Shown: positions 25,520 through 39,217, counted from the first letter of the stretch. The stretch: 64,000 nt of DNA from Octopus sinensis (GCF_006345805.1 NC_043020.1:14322001-14386000), one strand, 5' to 3'. Program-made: numbers and translations. Notes: generated from the sequence alone by a model not told the origin.

Positions 25520-25586
25520 GTTTTAATCCATTTGGGTCTTCTTACTAAACAAACGGGCTGGAAGTTTGCCGAAATGCAGTTTAAAG
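25520..25586 (+). CDS. MGAT5: MGAT5 exon 7 (VLIHLGLLTKQTGWKFAEMQFKG)
   Basis: Matches VLVHLGLLTKESGFKIAETAFSG; tttcAG / GTAAGA; 67 nt, phase 0-1. Confidence 0.95.
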
Positions 25587-26736
25587 GTAAGAGATTATGA
25601 AAGATTTAAAGGAATTCTGTTTGGATCACATTTATAATGTTTTAATTTGCTCTAAAAATCCAAGTGATGTTCTTTTATATGGATATGAAGAAAGCTGTGA
25701 ATATTTGGTTATTTACACAAATCAACTGGGTTTATTGACTGCTTTAAATGGACACCACTTGTTGAGATGAACTGGAAAAGGACATTGTGTCAGTGTTGAT
25801 GAGATAAAGACACATACACACCATTTGTAGATATTAGCTAAATAAACACACATGCACACACATACATTTTTCTGTCACACACACAGATGCATATACATAT
25901 ATTCTGCTCTTGGGGATCCAGAAAGACATGGGACAAAGTATTCAAGTCCAATCTCAAGACACTGAGCCTCACAAAGGAGATGACTAAGGACCAAGATATT
26001 TTTACATGACACTAGCACAGGTGAGGTCAGTTTTGGCATGGTTTTTACAGCTGGATGCCCTTCCAAATGCCAACCACTTTGCAGTGTGGACTGTATCATC
26101 ATCATCATCATCATCATCATCGTTTAACGTCCGTTTTCCGCGCTAGCACGGGTTGGACGGTTTCGACCGGGGTCTGGGGAGCTCGGGACTGCCCCAGGCT
26201 CCAGTCTAGTCTGGCAGTGTTTCTACAGCTGGATGCCCTTCCTAACGCCAACCACTCCGCGAGTGTAGTGGGTGTTTTTTACGTGCCACCTGCACAGGTG
26301 CCAGAGGGGTCTGGCATCGGCCACGTTCGGATGGTGCTTTTTATGGGGGGGGGTGCAGAAATATAGGGGAGCACAGAAATATAGGGGAGCACCAGTGGGA
26401 GGGGTGGTTCAGAGGACAGGTACTAGGCAAGTAGAACATAGGATATCGAGAGAGGGGTAATGCATGGTGAAATAGCGTATTAAAGAGGGGGGTTCGTGGT
26501 GGGGGGGTGCAGAAATATAGGGGAGCACCAGTGGGAGGGGTGGTTCAGAGGACAGGTTCTAGGCAAGTAGAACGTAGGATATCGAGAGAGGGGTAATGCA
26601 TGGTGAAATAGCGTATTGAAGAGGGGGGTTCAAAGAGTAGACACCTATAATGGTGGTGAGAGAAACGACATCCGGTATAGTTGGAGCAAAATAGAGATAT
26701 CCGGTATTGGTGGTGGGGGTGGGCAGGGCGGGCGCG

Positions 26737-29212
26737 CCGCGAAGAATCGGCAGCCAATTTCTAATCAGCCCTGTAAGGGAGATAGATCTTAAATATCTAT
26801 AACGATAACTAGTGAATTATACAGAATATGCAAAAACGAGGCGAGGCTGAAATAGTAAACAGAGTGGCGACTAGGGGGAACAGAATAATAATAATTAATA
26901 ATAATAATAATAAATAGAGATACGGATGAATTAAAGTTCAAAGATTTCTTATCTTGGGATCACTTCGTTGACGGACAGACTTGGCAAAAGGAATTCGGAA
27001 TCAAGAATGAAGCAGGTTACTAGCTTAAGTATGCATAGCCATGGCGGGGGGTAGGAATAGAGGAGTCCAGACAGACGACAATGTAAAAAGGGGAGGAGAA
27101 GAGAAGGGAAGAAAAAACCCCGCGAAGAATCGGCAGCCAATTTCTAATCAGCCCTGTAAGGGAGATAGATCTTAAATATCTATACGATAACTAGTGAATT
27201 ATACAGAATATGCAAAAACGAGGCGAGGCTGAAATAGTAAACAGAGTGGCGACTAGGGGGAACAGAATAATAATAATTAATAAATAATAATAATAAATAG
27301 AGATACGGATGAATTAAAGTTCAAAGATTTCTTATCTTGGGATCACTTCGTTGACGGACAGACTTGGCAAAAGGAATTCGGAATCAAGAATGAAGCAGGT
27401 TACTAGCTTAAGTATGCATAGCCATGGCGGGGGGGGGGTAGGAATAGAGGAGTCCAGACAGACGACAATGTAAAAAGAGGGGAAGAGAAGAGAAGGGAAG
27501 AGAAAAACCCCGCGAAGAATCGGCAGCCAATTTCTAATCAGCCTGTAAGGGAGATAGATCTTAATATCTATAACGATAACTAGTGAATTATACAGAATAT
27601 GCAAAAACGAGGCGAGGCTGAAATAGTAAACAGAGTGGCGACTAGGGGGATCAGAATAATAATAATTAATAAATAAATAATAATAATAAATAGAGATACG
27701 GATGAATTAAAGTTCAAAGATTTCTTATCTTGGGATCACTTCGTTGACGGACAGACTTGGCAAAAGGAATTCGGAATCAAGAATGAAGCAGGTTACTAGC
27801 TTAAGTATGCATAGCCATGGCGGGGGGTAGGAATAGAGGAGTCCAGACAGACGACAATGTAAAAAGAGGGGAAGAGAAGGGAAGAGAAAAACCCCGCGAA
27901 GAATCGGCAGCCAATTTCTAATCAGCCCTGTAAGGAGAGATAGATCTTAAATATCTATAACGATAACTAGTGAATTATACAGAATATGCAAAAACGAGGC
28001 GAGGCTGAAATAGTAAACAGAGTGGCGACTAGGGGGATCAGAATAATAATAATTAATAAATAATAATAATAAATAGAGATACGGATGAATTAAAGTTCAA
28101 AGATTTCTTATCTTGGGATCACTTCGTTGACGGACAGACTTGGCAAAAGAATTCGGAATCAAGAATGAGCAGGTTACTAGCTTAAGTATGCATAGCCATG
28201 GCGGGGGGTAGGAATAGAGAGTCCAGACAGACGACAATGTAAAAAGGGGGAAGAGAAGGAAGAGAAAAACCCCGCGAAGAATCGGCAGCCAATTTCTAAT
28301 CAGCCCTGTAAGGGAGATAGATCTTAAATATCTATAACGATAACTAGTGAATTATACAGAATATGCAAAAACGAGGCGAGGCTGAAATAGTAACAGAGTG
28401 GCGACTAGGGGGATCAGAATAATAATAATTAATAATAATAATATAAATAGAGATACGGATGAATTAAAGTTCAAAGATTTCTTATCTTGGGATCACTTCG
28501 TTGACGGACAGACTTGGCAAAAGGAATTCGGAATCAAGAATGAAGCAGGTTACTAGCTTAAGTATGCATAGCCATGGCGGGGGGTAGGAATAGAGGAGTC
28601 CAGACAGACGACAATGTAAAAAGAGGGGAAGAGAAGGGAAGAGAAAAACCCCGCGAAGAATCGGCAGCCAATTTCTAATCAGCCCTGTAAGGGAGATAGA
28701 TCTTAAATATCTATAACGATAACTAGTGAATTATACAGAATATGCAAAAACGAGGCGAGGCTGAAATAGTAAACAGAGTGGCGACTAGGGGGATCAGAAT
28801 AATAATAATTAATAAATAATAATAATAAATAGAGATACGGATGAATTAAAGTTCAAAGATTTCTTATCTTGGGATCACTTCGTTGACGGACAGACTTGGC
28901 AAAAGGAATTCGGAATCAAGAATGAAGCAGGTTACTAGCTTAAGTATGCATAGCCATGGCGGGGGGTAGGAATAGAGGAGTCCAGACAGACGACAATGTA
29001 AAAAGAGGGGAAGAGAAGGGAAGAGAAAAACCCCGCGAAGAATCGGCAGCCAATTTCTAATCAGCCCTGTAAGGGAGATAGATCTTAAATATCTATAACG
29101 ATAACTAGTGAATTATACAGAATATGCAAAAACGAGGCGAGGCTGAAATAGTAAACAGAGTGGCGACTAGGGGGATCAGAATAATAATAATTAATAAATA
29201 ATAATAATAAAT

Positions 29213-29216
<4 letters not shown>
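26737..29216. repeat. Tandem array of about 6.5 near-identical ~383-bp units
   Basis: CCGCGAAGAATCGG restarts at 26737, 27120, 27510, 27894, 28272, 28651 and 29033; differences are mostly homopolymer indels. Confidence 0.97.
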
Positions 29217-29297
<81 letters not shown>

Positions 29298-30231
29298 CTG
29301 GCTTCTTTCAGTTTCTGTATATTAAATCCACTCACATGGCTTTGGTCAGCCTGAGGCTATAGCAGAAGACACTTGCCACATAGTGGGACTGAACCTGGAA
29401 CCATGTGGCTGCGAAGCAAGCTTCTTACCGCACAGCCATACACACATACATACACAGTCATATTTCCATATCTGTATATAGACACCTATAATTGTATATT
29501 TCTTTTTATTTATGCACCCTTTTCAAGCCTAGCCAGGCTCATGGGCCTGGTTTCCCAGTTTCTATGGTGTATGTGTTACCCCCAGCTGGACGGTACGCCA
29601 CAGTAGAATTGTCTTTGATGTTGGTACCCTGTTAAAAGTGCCAAGTAATTCTGTGGAATGGTTTGCATTAGGAAGGGCATTCGGCTGTAGAAACCATGTC
29701 AGAAAAGACAATGGAGTCTGATGCAGCCCCTGGTTTTACCAGCTCTGGTCAAACCATCCAACACATACCAGCATGGAAAAGAGACATTAAATGATGATGA
29801 TGACGACTTATATACATATATACACACACACACACACTCTGTAGACATGATCTAGTTTTATGTTGTTACTGAACTAGTTTGTAGATATATATTTTTATTT
29901 ACATTGGAACTGATGAACAATAATATCAGGTTTGAAAAAGACAGTAATTGCTTTGCTATAAGGGTGAGAATGATGTAGGAATGTTTATAACACAAAATAG
30001 AATAATCTTACAAGCTGTTCTACTTTTCATACAAGATCAATGCACTTGCTCTACTGTGAAACAAAGCTAATGGGAAAACTTTTAAAAATTTTCTCTTTGA
30101 TATTCATTGGCAAACGTTATTTCACACACACACACACACACACACACTGTGTTTAAACTAGGGCAAATAATGTACTTACACATACATGAGTGTATGTATA
30201 TCTACATGCATGTGTGTGTGTGTGTGTGAGT

Positions 30232-30280
<49 letters not shown>

Positions 30281-31011
30281 ATAATTGAGATAGGGGTTGT
30301 AAATGCAACCCTCCATGGGATAACATATATCTCCAATATACTGCTAGTGAAGTACCCAACAAAATTAATACATAAATGTTAATGATTGCGATGCAATTAA
30401 TTCATTTACTGTATTATATGGGCAAAGGTAAAATGATTTACCACAAATTACTAATACAAGATAAGAAAATGGAGAAATACATCTAAATCAAATATCAATT
30501 ACCAGATAATACTCAATCACATACTTTATTAAACCACCACATAAGAGACTGTAGGGTTAGATATAAAAAGCAGGACGAATCAGTGTACATAAAGGAATGT
30601 ACATAAAAAAGTGTACATAAAAGAGTAATGTTGTATAATAATTAGAATATATATAAAAGAGAATATAAATATAAGTAAATATAAATATAAGTATACTTAT
30701 ATACTAAAGTATACTTATACTAAAGAGAATATAAGTATAAGTAAATATAAATATGTACACTTAATTTACACATCTAGCAGAGCATACTAGCCTCATTTCT
30801 CTTTAGCCTTCACATATCCTCATACAAATTTGTATTGATTAGTAGGTATGAAGTGGCCATTTGATTGACAGGTATGAAATTATTCTGATCCATAGATGTC
30901 CACAAGCTTCACTAGTTACAGCATAAACACAAACACAGCTGTCAGCTTAGCTTTCATGGTTACTGCAAAAACTAAATAATTCAATTTTTTTTAAAAATAG
31001 ATTTATTATTG

Positions 31012-31535
31012 ACTAGCAGCATAGCCCGGCGTTGCCCGGGTATGTAAGAGCCCCCTAGTAGGCAACGACTAATCCCAATCTAGTCCTTTCCCTCTAATTT
31101 CCTGCCAATTTGTGAAAGATGTTGTCGAAAATATGTCATCTTGAACTTGAATGCGATTTTCCAAAATGGCATGATTTTATCGATTTTTTTCTGATGGTAA
31201 GATATTGCATGGAAAACTAACATCAGAATTAAGTTTCTTAGGGTAACATTAAGCTTCACCATGAGTTTGGTGAAAATCGATTGCAAGTTGTGAAAACTAC
31301 AACAGAAAATGTGTTGCATATAAAAAGCTTAGATTCTCGACCCCATGTCGAATTTATCGATTTTTTTCAGAACTGGGGGAACTTTTCAAAATTTTTGCTG
31401 CATTAGTTTTGAATTATGACATTGGGCTATGTGTGTGTCAAGTTTCATCAGAATCGGTTGAAAGCCGTGGTCAGGGTGAGGGTACAACCTGACAGACACA
31501 CAGACAGACATACTGCTGTTTATATAGAGAGAGAT
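31012..31535. mobile_element. Non-autonomous Helitron/Helentron-like (HINE-like) element. Related: 9434-9823, an end fragment near 33440-33590, start fragments near 36671 and 45012
   Basis: ACTAGCAG..A.CCCGGCGTTGCCCGGG terminal hairpin at one end; CAAATTT/AATCGG...(ACAG)n...TATATAGAGAT at the other; no TSD. Confidence 0.7.
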
Positions 31536-32020
31536 TTATTTAGTTTGTACAGTAACCATGAAACTAGTTTTGTATTGACCGCAATAACTAATAAAATAGA
31601 CTTCATCTATTTCACTCGCTTCACATCATGTTCATACCAAGGAGAAAAGTCTGTTTGTTAGTATTTTATTTTTATTTTACAAACAACGCCCATTCAACAC
31701 AATGGAGTTCAGCTTTAACTGCTATTTCTCCCTTTCTTTGTCTTTATATACATACATATATATATATATATATATATTTATATAATATTATATTAATTAG
31801 AGTTAAAACCACTATTAGGCAAATCAAACATTGAAAAACATAAGCCAATACATAAAATTAATTTTAAAATATAAAAAATAAAATTAAAAATTATTTAAAT
31901 AATTTAAACTTATAAATTTTAAATATATATTTTATTAAACTTTTAATACTTTTGATATTTATATTTTAAAAAAAAATAAATAAAAAATTAATAAATAAAA
32001 TAATATATAAATATAAAAAT

Positions 32021-32053
<33 letters not shown>

Positions 32054-32573
32054 ATACAAAATGAGAAAATGGAGAAATATATCTAAAATAATTTTACCTT
32101 TGCCCACCTAATACAGTAAATGAATTAATTGCATTGCAATTCTTAACATTTATGTATTAGCTTTGTTGGGTACTTCTCTAGCAGTATATTGGATATATGT
32201 TATCCCATGGAGGGTTGAATTTACAACCCCTATCTCATTTTATATATATATATATATATATATTTGTATATATATATTTAAAATTTATAAGTTTAAATTA
32301 TTTAAATAATTTTAAATTTTATCTTTTATATTTTTTAATTAATTTTATGTATTGGCTTATGTTTTTCAATGTTTGATTTGCCTAATAGTGGTTTTATCTC
32401 TAATTAATATAATATTATATAATATATTTATACTATAAAATTGGATTTAATCCTAAATCTAATTTTTCCCTGTAAATTTGGATTTATTCCTAATATTATT
32501 ATTATATATTTATATATATATATACATAATTTGCAGCCATCGGCCCAGTGACAGCTTTGAAAGCGGTTCTTCT

Positions 32574-32625
<52 letters not shown>

Positions 32626-34090
32626 TACGCCCCCCCCCCCCGTCCAATGGATGGTGCTGAATCATATCTGCTGAATAAAAAGCAATCAGTGTTTTCTTTC
32701 CATTAAAAAATAATTAAGCATGCCTTTATTTCAATAAAATTTTTGGTTTTGTTAAGCAGGTGCAGGAGTGGCTGTGTGGTAAGTAGCTTGTTTACCAACC
32801 ACCTGGTTCCGGGTTCAGTCCCACTGCGTGGCACCTTGGGCAAGTGTCTTCTACTATAGCCTCGGGCCGACCAATGCCTTGTGAGTGGATTTGGTAGACG
32901 GAAACTGAATGAAGCCCGTCATATATATGTATATATATATGCGTGTGTGTGTTTGTGTCTGTGTTTGTCCCCCTAGTATTGCTTGACAACCGATGCTAGT
33001 GTGATTAAGTCCCCGTTACTTAGCGGTTTGGCAAAAGAGACCGATAGAATAAGTACTGGCCTTACAAAAGAATAAGTCCCGGGGTCGAGTTGCTCGATTA
33101 AAGGCGGTGCTCCAGCATGGCCGCAGTCAAATGACTGAAACAAATAAAAAGAGTAAAACAAAAAAAAGAGTAAAGTTAAGGCAAAAAAAACTTCTTTGGA
33201 AACCAAATAGTCTTTCGTTCTTTCATGCCAAGTTTGAAGAAAATATCTCTTTTGCATCTTACTTTTTTGGTCTCTTAAATATACTGCATTCTGTGGCATT
33301 ATTTCGAGCCAGCCGGCTTTTTTTTGCACAAACTGCATGTGCATTTTTCTCGCATATGCATATTATCAATCGCAACAAGTGATGTACTTGCGCATACAAA
33401 TGCACATTCCCATGGCTTTATTGATTGCATTCTCACCTAGAATTGATTTTTGTAATTTTTTCAAGACTTATACACTCCCTAATACTGTCGGTATCTACAT
33501 ATCAAATTTGAGCACAATCGGATGGAGGATGCCTGAGATCCTAGAAGACACACACACACAAGCAGGCAGAACGGATTTTATATAATAGATAAGATAAAAC
33601 TTACTTGGAAATTGATGTGTGGCATTCAATCATATAATAATATAAATAATATATATATATGCATATACACATACATACATGTACTTACTTACATATATAT
33701 GTATATACACATGCATGTATGGGTACAGAATGTCAAAAAACAAACAATCGAGAACATGAAAAACAAACTATTTTTTGCAAACAATAAAAGAAACATATAC
33801 ATATCTGTTTGTTTTTATTTTATTTTTATTTTACAAACAACGCCATTCAACACGATGGAGTTCAGCTTTAACTGCTGTTTCTCCCTTTCTTTGTCTTTAT
33901 ATACATACATACATATATATATATACACAGGATATATATGGCTGTGTGGTAAGTAGCTTGTTTACCAACCACATAGTTCCGGGTTCAGTCCCACTGCGTG
34001 GCACCTTGAGCAAGTGTCTTCTACTATAGCCTCAGGCCAACCAAAGCCTTGTGAGTGCATTTGGTAGACGGAAACTGGAAGAAGCCCATC

Positions 34091-34177
<87 letters not shown>

Positions 34178-34518
34178 GCATGTGTGTGTTTGTGTGTTTG
34201 TCCCCCTATATATATGAGAGTGTGTGTGTGTGTGTGTGTTTGTGTGTCTGTGTTTGTCCCTCCAACATCACTTGACAACCGATGCTGGTGTGTTTATGTC
34301 CCCCTTACTTAGCGGTTCGGCAAAAGAGACCGATAGAATAAGTACTGGGCTTACAAAAGAATAAGTCCCGGAGTTGAGTTGCTTGATTAAAGGCGGTGCT
34401 CCAGCATGGCCACAGTCAAATGACTAAAACAAGTAAAAGAATATCTGTACACATATACGCATACATATATATATCTATACACATACACACACACATACAC
34501 ACATACACACACACACAC

Positions 34519-34579
<61 letters not shown>

Positions 34580-34581
<2 letters not shown>

Positions 34582-36334
34582 GTAAAAACCCATGTAATTT
34601 GTGCACCTGTGTAATTTACACAGGTGATTTTCAGGATAAAAATTGTTTTAAAAAAAGCTTCTACTTGTGTAAAATTTACACCCAAAAGTTTTTTAGGATT
34701 GTTGATATGGCCAAGGGGAAAATGTTTTCAATTTACTTATGATTAGATTTTATTAAAAAAAAGTAATTTCTGTTTAACAGCTCTTAAATTGAAAGCTATT
34801 AAATTACGAAGTGTTTGTATTGTTTATGATAAACTTTATTTTGCACTTCTTACCCACAAAAGATTTGATCTTTCACATACTTGTGTATGTCTTCTCATAA
34901 TCACGATCACAGGAAAAGTTGTTGATCATTCTTATCAACAAAAACAAAGCTGATAAATATGCACAAGTGTTGCAAAATAAGTTTAACTACAAATAAACAT
35001 CAGCTTGGATGACACTTTACTCAACCGACAGAGGAAGGCGGCCGATAAAACTGGTTATGTAAATAGAATTCTGATTGGTCGAAAGTGACTTCTTGTCTCA
35101 AGCTCTAATTTTCTGCCTATTCTTGTCGGAACCTTCGATACGGAGTATCAAAATTTTAATCCCTTACACAATTGTAAAATGTCATGCAAACTTTAATATT
35201 TGCCATTACCGTTTTAGCCGGGAGACCAAATTGAGAGTTTGGTAAACTGCTAAAATAAACATTAAAAATCGAAAGGAGAAAATAAATACCTTTGGAAGTT
35301 TAACTCAATGTTTATCAAACAAGAGAGGTGCAAAATATAAGAAGCAACTTGTTAGAATATACACGTCTCTCAGGAGACATAAACAAGAATAGCAAAAATC
35401 TACTGTACCAAAAGAACTGGTAATACATACATTACAAGTGTTCTGTGAAGAGAACATAAGATTGCTGCATAATTCAACATGAGTGTGAAACAACATTAAA
35501 CATCGTTTAAGGTAAATGATGGTTTCTGTAGGAACGCTAAGTCATATTCACTTGGTGAGTTTACATGCACAAGGATGAATTATGATGTTGTTGTTGTCGA
35601 CGATAGATGCAATAAAAGCTGATAGCAGCGATATCAGCAGTGAGAAATTTCGTTGTGTCATAACATGGAGAAAGTGAGCAAATACAAGCTAGACTTCTTA
35701 GGCAGAGAAAAACTGATATATTTAAGGAAATTGGCGGCGAGCTGGCAGAAACGTTAGCACGCCAGGCGAAATGCTTAGCGGTATTTCGTCTGTCGTTACG
35801 TTGTGAGTTCAAATTCCGCCGAGGTTGACTTTGCTTTTCATCCTTTCAGGGTCGATAAATTAAGTACCAGTTACGCACTGGGGTCGATGTAATCGACTTA
35901 ATACCTATGTCTGTCCTTGTTTGTCCCCTCTATGTTTAGCCCCTTGTGGGTAATAAAGAAATAGATATTTAAGGAAATTGCTGGGCTCCATTGCAATAGG
36001 TAGAAACTCCAAGCAATGTAAAATATGGCCTGGACCATGATTACCAGCATGAACATCAAACTTCAAAAAGTAGTTAACCATTTAATGGTTTTAGTAAATT
36101 TATACAGAAAAATTAAGCATTATACCGTCCGGTATAAATAAAAGTCAACTTCATTATATTTTTTCTGCAAAAACCTATTCTGACATTAAATGAGTCAACT
36201 TCCTGTACATCATTTTCCAACCAAAAAAATTTCTAAAAAAATTCTGGAAATGATCTACTCATGTAATTTACGCATCCCCTAAAGTTTATTTTTGTTTTTG
36301 CAAAAATGTGCGTAAATTACATGGGTTTTTACGG
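34580..36334. mobile_element. Decayed Tc1/pogo-type DNA transposon, about 1.75 kb, with a nested family C SINE
   Basis: 27-bp TIRs CCGTAAAAACCCATGTAATTTGTGCAC / GTGCGTAAATTACATGGGTTTTTACGG-TA; no intact transposase ORF. Confidence 0.7.
35734..35963 (+). mobile_element. tRNA-headed SINE family C (about 230 bp), representative copy. Others: 8005-8218, 11767-12001(-), 12175-12375, 20862-21461 (trimer), 22085-22285, 24583-25218, 49340-49561(-), 63095-63312
   Basis: GGCGAGCTGGCAGAAACGTTAG head, GAGTTCAAATTCC B box, TTTGCCTTTCATCCTTTCGGGGTCGATAAATTAAGTACCAG core. TSDs are visible: ATATTTAAGGAAATTG here, 18 bp at 11749/12003, 13 bp at 49325/49566. Confidence 0.92.
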
Positions 36335-37550
36335 TATAAATACATGCATGTATATACACATAGTGAAACTATTAAAAGTGAAACAATAAAAATGAAACTA
36401 TTAAAAGTGAAAGAATAAAAATGAAAGTATTAAAAGTAAAACTATTTATAACTGTTACTCTGTTGAAGGTTTCACTTTTATTCTTTGAGTTTTGAGATGT
36501 AATACAGAACCAGTGCCAATGTTGCATTGTTTTAATCCAAACAATTACATGTTGACACTCATGGGGTCTCATAGTATTACCATGTAAAATTTGATTTGAT
36601 TTGGTTGCGCCATTTGAGAATACATTGGGAACAGACAGAGATACAAAGGATTTTATACATATAATAACAGCCTAGCAGAGATACTCAGCGTTGCTTGGGA
36701 TTAAAATGGCATAGTTCTTTATTGTTTTATTTGTTTCAGTCATGCAACTGCAGTCATGCTGGAACACAGCTTTTAGTCAAACAAATCAACCCCAGGATTT
36801 ATTCATTGTAAGCCTAGTACTTATTCTATTGGTGTCTTTTCCCGAACTGCTGGGTTACAAGGTTGTAAACACAGCAACATCGGTTGCGAAGCAATGGTTG
36901 AAGGACAAACACAGATACAGACACACACACACACACACACAGAAATATAGACATATATAGGACAGTGTTCTTTCAGTTTCCATGTATAAAATCCACTCAT
37001 AAGGCTTTGGTCAGTGTGAGGCTATAGTATATATATATATATATATATAAAACACATCATCATCATCGTTTAATGTCTGTTTTTCATGCTGGCATGGGTT
37101 GGACAGCATGACTTGGGGACTGGCAAGCCAGTAGGCTGCACCAGGCTCCAATCTGATCTGGCAAGGACTCTACAGCTGGATGCCTTTCTAATGCCAACCA
37201 CTCCGAGAGTGTAGTAGGTGCTTTTTACATGTCACTGGCACGGGAGCCAGCCAGATGGCACTGGCATCGACCATGTTCAGATGGTGCTTTTTACGTGCCA
37301 CTGGCACAGGAGCCTACTGGGAGGAGACTGGCATCAACCACATTCGGATGGTACTTTTTACATGTCACCAGCATGGGGAGCCAGTCAGGTGGCACTGGTA
37401 TCAACCCATGTTTGATTGGTGTTTATTACGTACCACCAGCACAGGTGCCAGTCAGGTGGCACTGGTGTCGGCCACAACTACAATTTCCATTTTGATTTCA
37501 ATCTTGATTTGCTTATATATATATATATATATATAGATAGATAAATATGT

Positions 37551-37611
<61 letters not shown>

Positions 37612-37612
<1 letters not shown>

Positions 37613-37878
37613 TGAGTAAACGCATCCTAAGAAGAGTTAATAAAGACATAAGGAAGGCACCTAATTTCTTTTTATGGCATAACACAATCGAGATGTTACA
37701 TTGGTTTGAGACCAAATGAAGCAATTTTAGAGCTAAGTTCATACAGTTCAATATAGTAGACTTTTATCCATCGATATCAAAATTGTTACTTGATAGGGCA
37801 TTAGTATATGCTAGATGAATTACCGAAATAAGTGATAGAGAAATACATGTAATTATGCACACTAGGAAAATGCTACTG
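37612..37878 (+). mobile_element. Penelope-like element reverse transcriptase fragment (pseudogenised)
   Basis: Hand translation SKRILRRVNKDIR...W.NT.E...WF...FIQFNIVDFYPSISK.LLDRAL...IMHTRK.LL with two in-frame stops; resembles the PLE RT FDI.DFYPSI motif from recall. Confidence 0.75.
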
Positions 37879-38295
37879 CTCAACCAGTTGTCAAGCGATG
37901 TTAGGGAGACAAACACAGACACACAAACATACACACACACACACACATATATATACATATACGTATACATATATACGACGGGCTTCTTTCAGTTTCCGTC
38001 TACCAAATCCACTCACAAGGCTTTGGTCGGTCCGAGGCTATAGTAGAAGACACTTGCCCAAGGTGCCACGCAGTGGGACTGAACCCGGAACCATGTGGTT
38101 GGTAAGCAAGCTACTTACCACACAGCCACTCCTGCGCCTATTACTTTTCACTTTTCTTTTTTCCTTTTATAAATTTCTCGTAGAGTTCAGAGTTCAGTCT
38201 TTAGTCTTTCATTTAATACACTTATATGTATTTTGAGTATATTAAAGATATTTTGGTTTGCGTTTGACATATTTGTTTTCAACCTCCCATTTCAG

Positions 38296-38398
38296 GTGGT
38301 CCACTCGGAGAACTTGTTCAATGGAGTGACCTGATATCGAGTTTATATTTACTGGGACACAACATCACAATTACAAGTGAAATGGAACAATTAACTGG
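38296..38398 (+). CDS. MGAT5: MGAT5 exon 8 (GGPLGELVQWSDLISSLYLLGHNITITSEMEQLTG), includes catalytic Glu motif
   Basis: Near-identical to GGPLGELVQWSDLITSLYLLGHDIRIS; tttcAG / GTTTGT; phase 1-2. Confidence 0.97.
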
Positions 38399-38520
38399 GT
38401 TTGTTGAATTCATTTCCTGTTATTTAATTACCTCTTCAGCAGAATGGCCCACACTCTACAGTAAGAAGTCATAATTACTAGTTGAAGTCAATTAACTTGA
38501 TTTGTTTTGATTGTTTAGAA

Positions 38521-39217
38521 CAATGGTTCTCAACCATTTTTTGCCGAGGGACCCCTTTGTATTCCTATTTTACTCAGGTGAACCCCCCACGACCATTGAA
38601 TGTTTAAAAAATCCTATTATATTTTTATAAGTAAATATTATAAGGAATTCTATTTTTTTTTAAATTGTTAAAATATTTTCTGTATTTATTTTTTGTTTCT
38701 TAATCTTTTTACTTATTTCAGTCATTTGATTGTGGCCATGCGGGGGCACTACCTTGAACGGTTTTTAGTCAAACAAATCAACCCTTGGTCTTTTTTTTTT
38801 TAAGCCTGGTGCTTATTCTATCAGTCTCTTTCGCGAAACTGCTAAGTTATGGGGACATAAACACACCAACACTGTGTGTCAAGTGGGAGGACAAACACAA
38901 ACATAAAGACATGAACACACACACACAGGCACACGCACACAGACACACACATACACACACACACACACACACTATATATACAACAGGCAGCTTCCAGTTT
39001 CCATATCCCAAATCCACTCACAAGGTTTAGGTCAGCCCAGATCTATATTGGAGGACACTTTCCGAAGGTGTCACACAGTGGGACTGAACCCAGAACTATG
39101 TGGTTGGGAAGCAAGCTTCTTACTACACAGCCATGCCTGTGCCTGTATAGTAGAGCCAATTATAGCACATAAATTTTAACAACAAAATTTTGTATGGGCC
39201 CCGGTCGAAAACCACTT
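38521..39217. mobile_element. hAT (Charlie-like) non-autonomous element interrupted by a family A SINE
   Basis: CAATGGTTCTCAACC ... GGTCGAAAACCACT termini; no clear 8-bp TSD. Confidence 0.5.

Noticed and set aside
26545-26757. MAADSSRR... ORF at the satellite/leader junction as a possible ORF1 start
   Set aside because: TTG start, only 70 aa and no recognisable domain.
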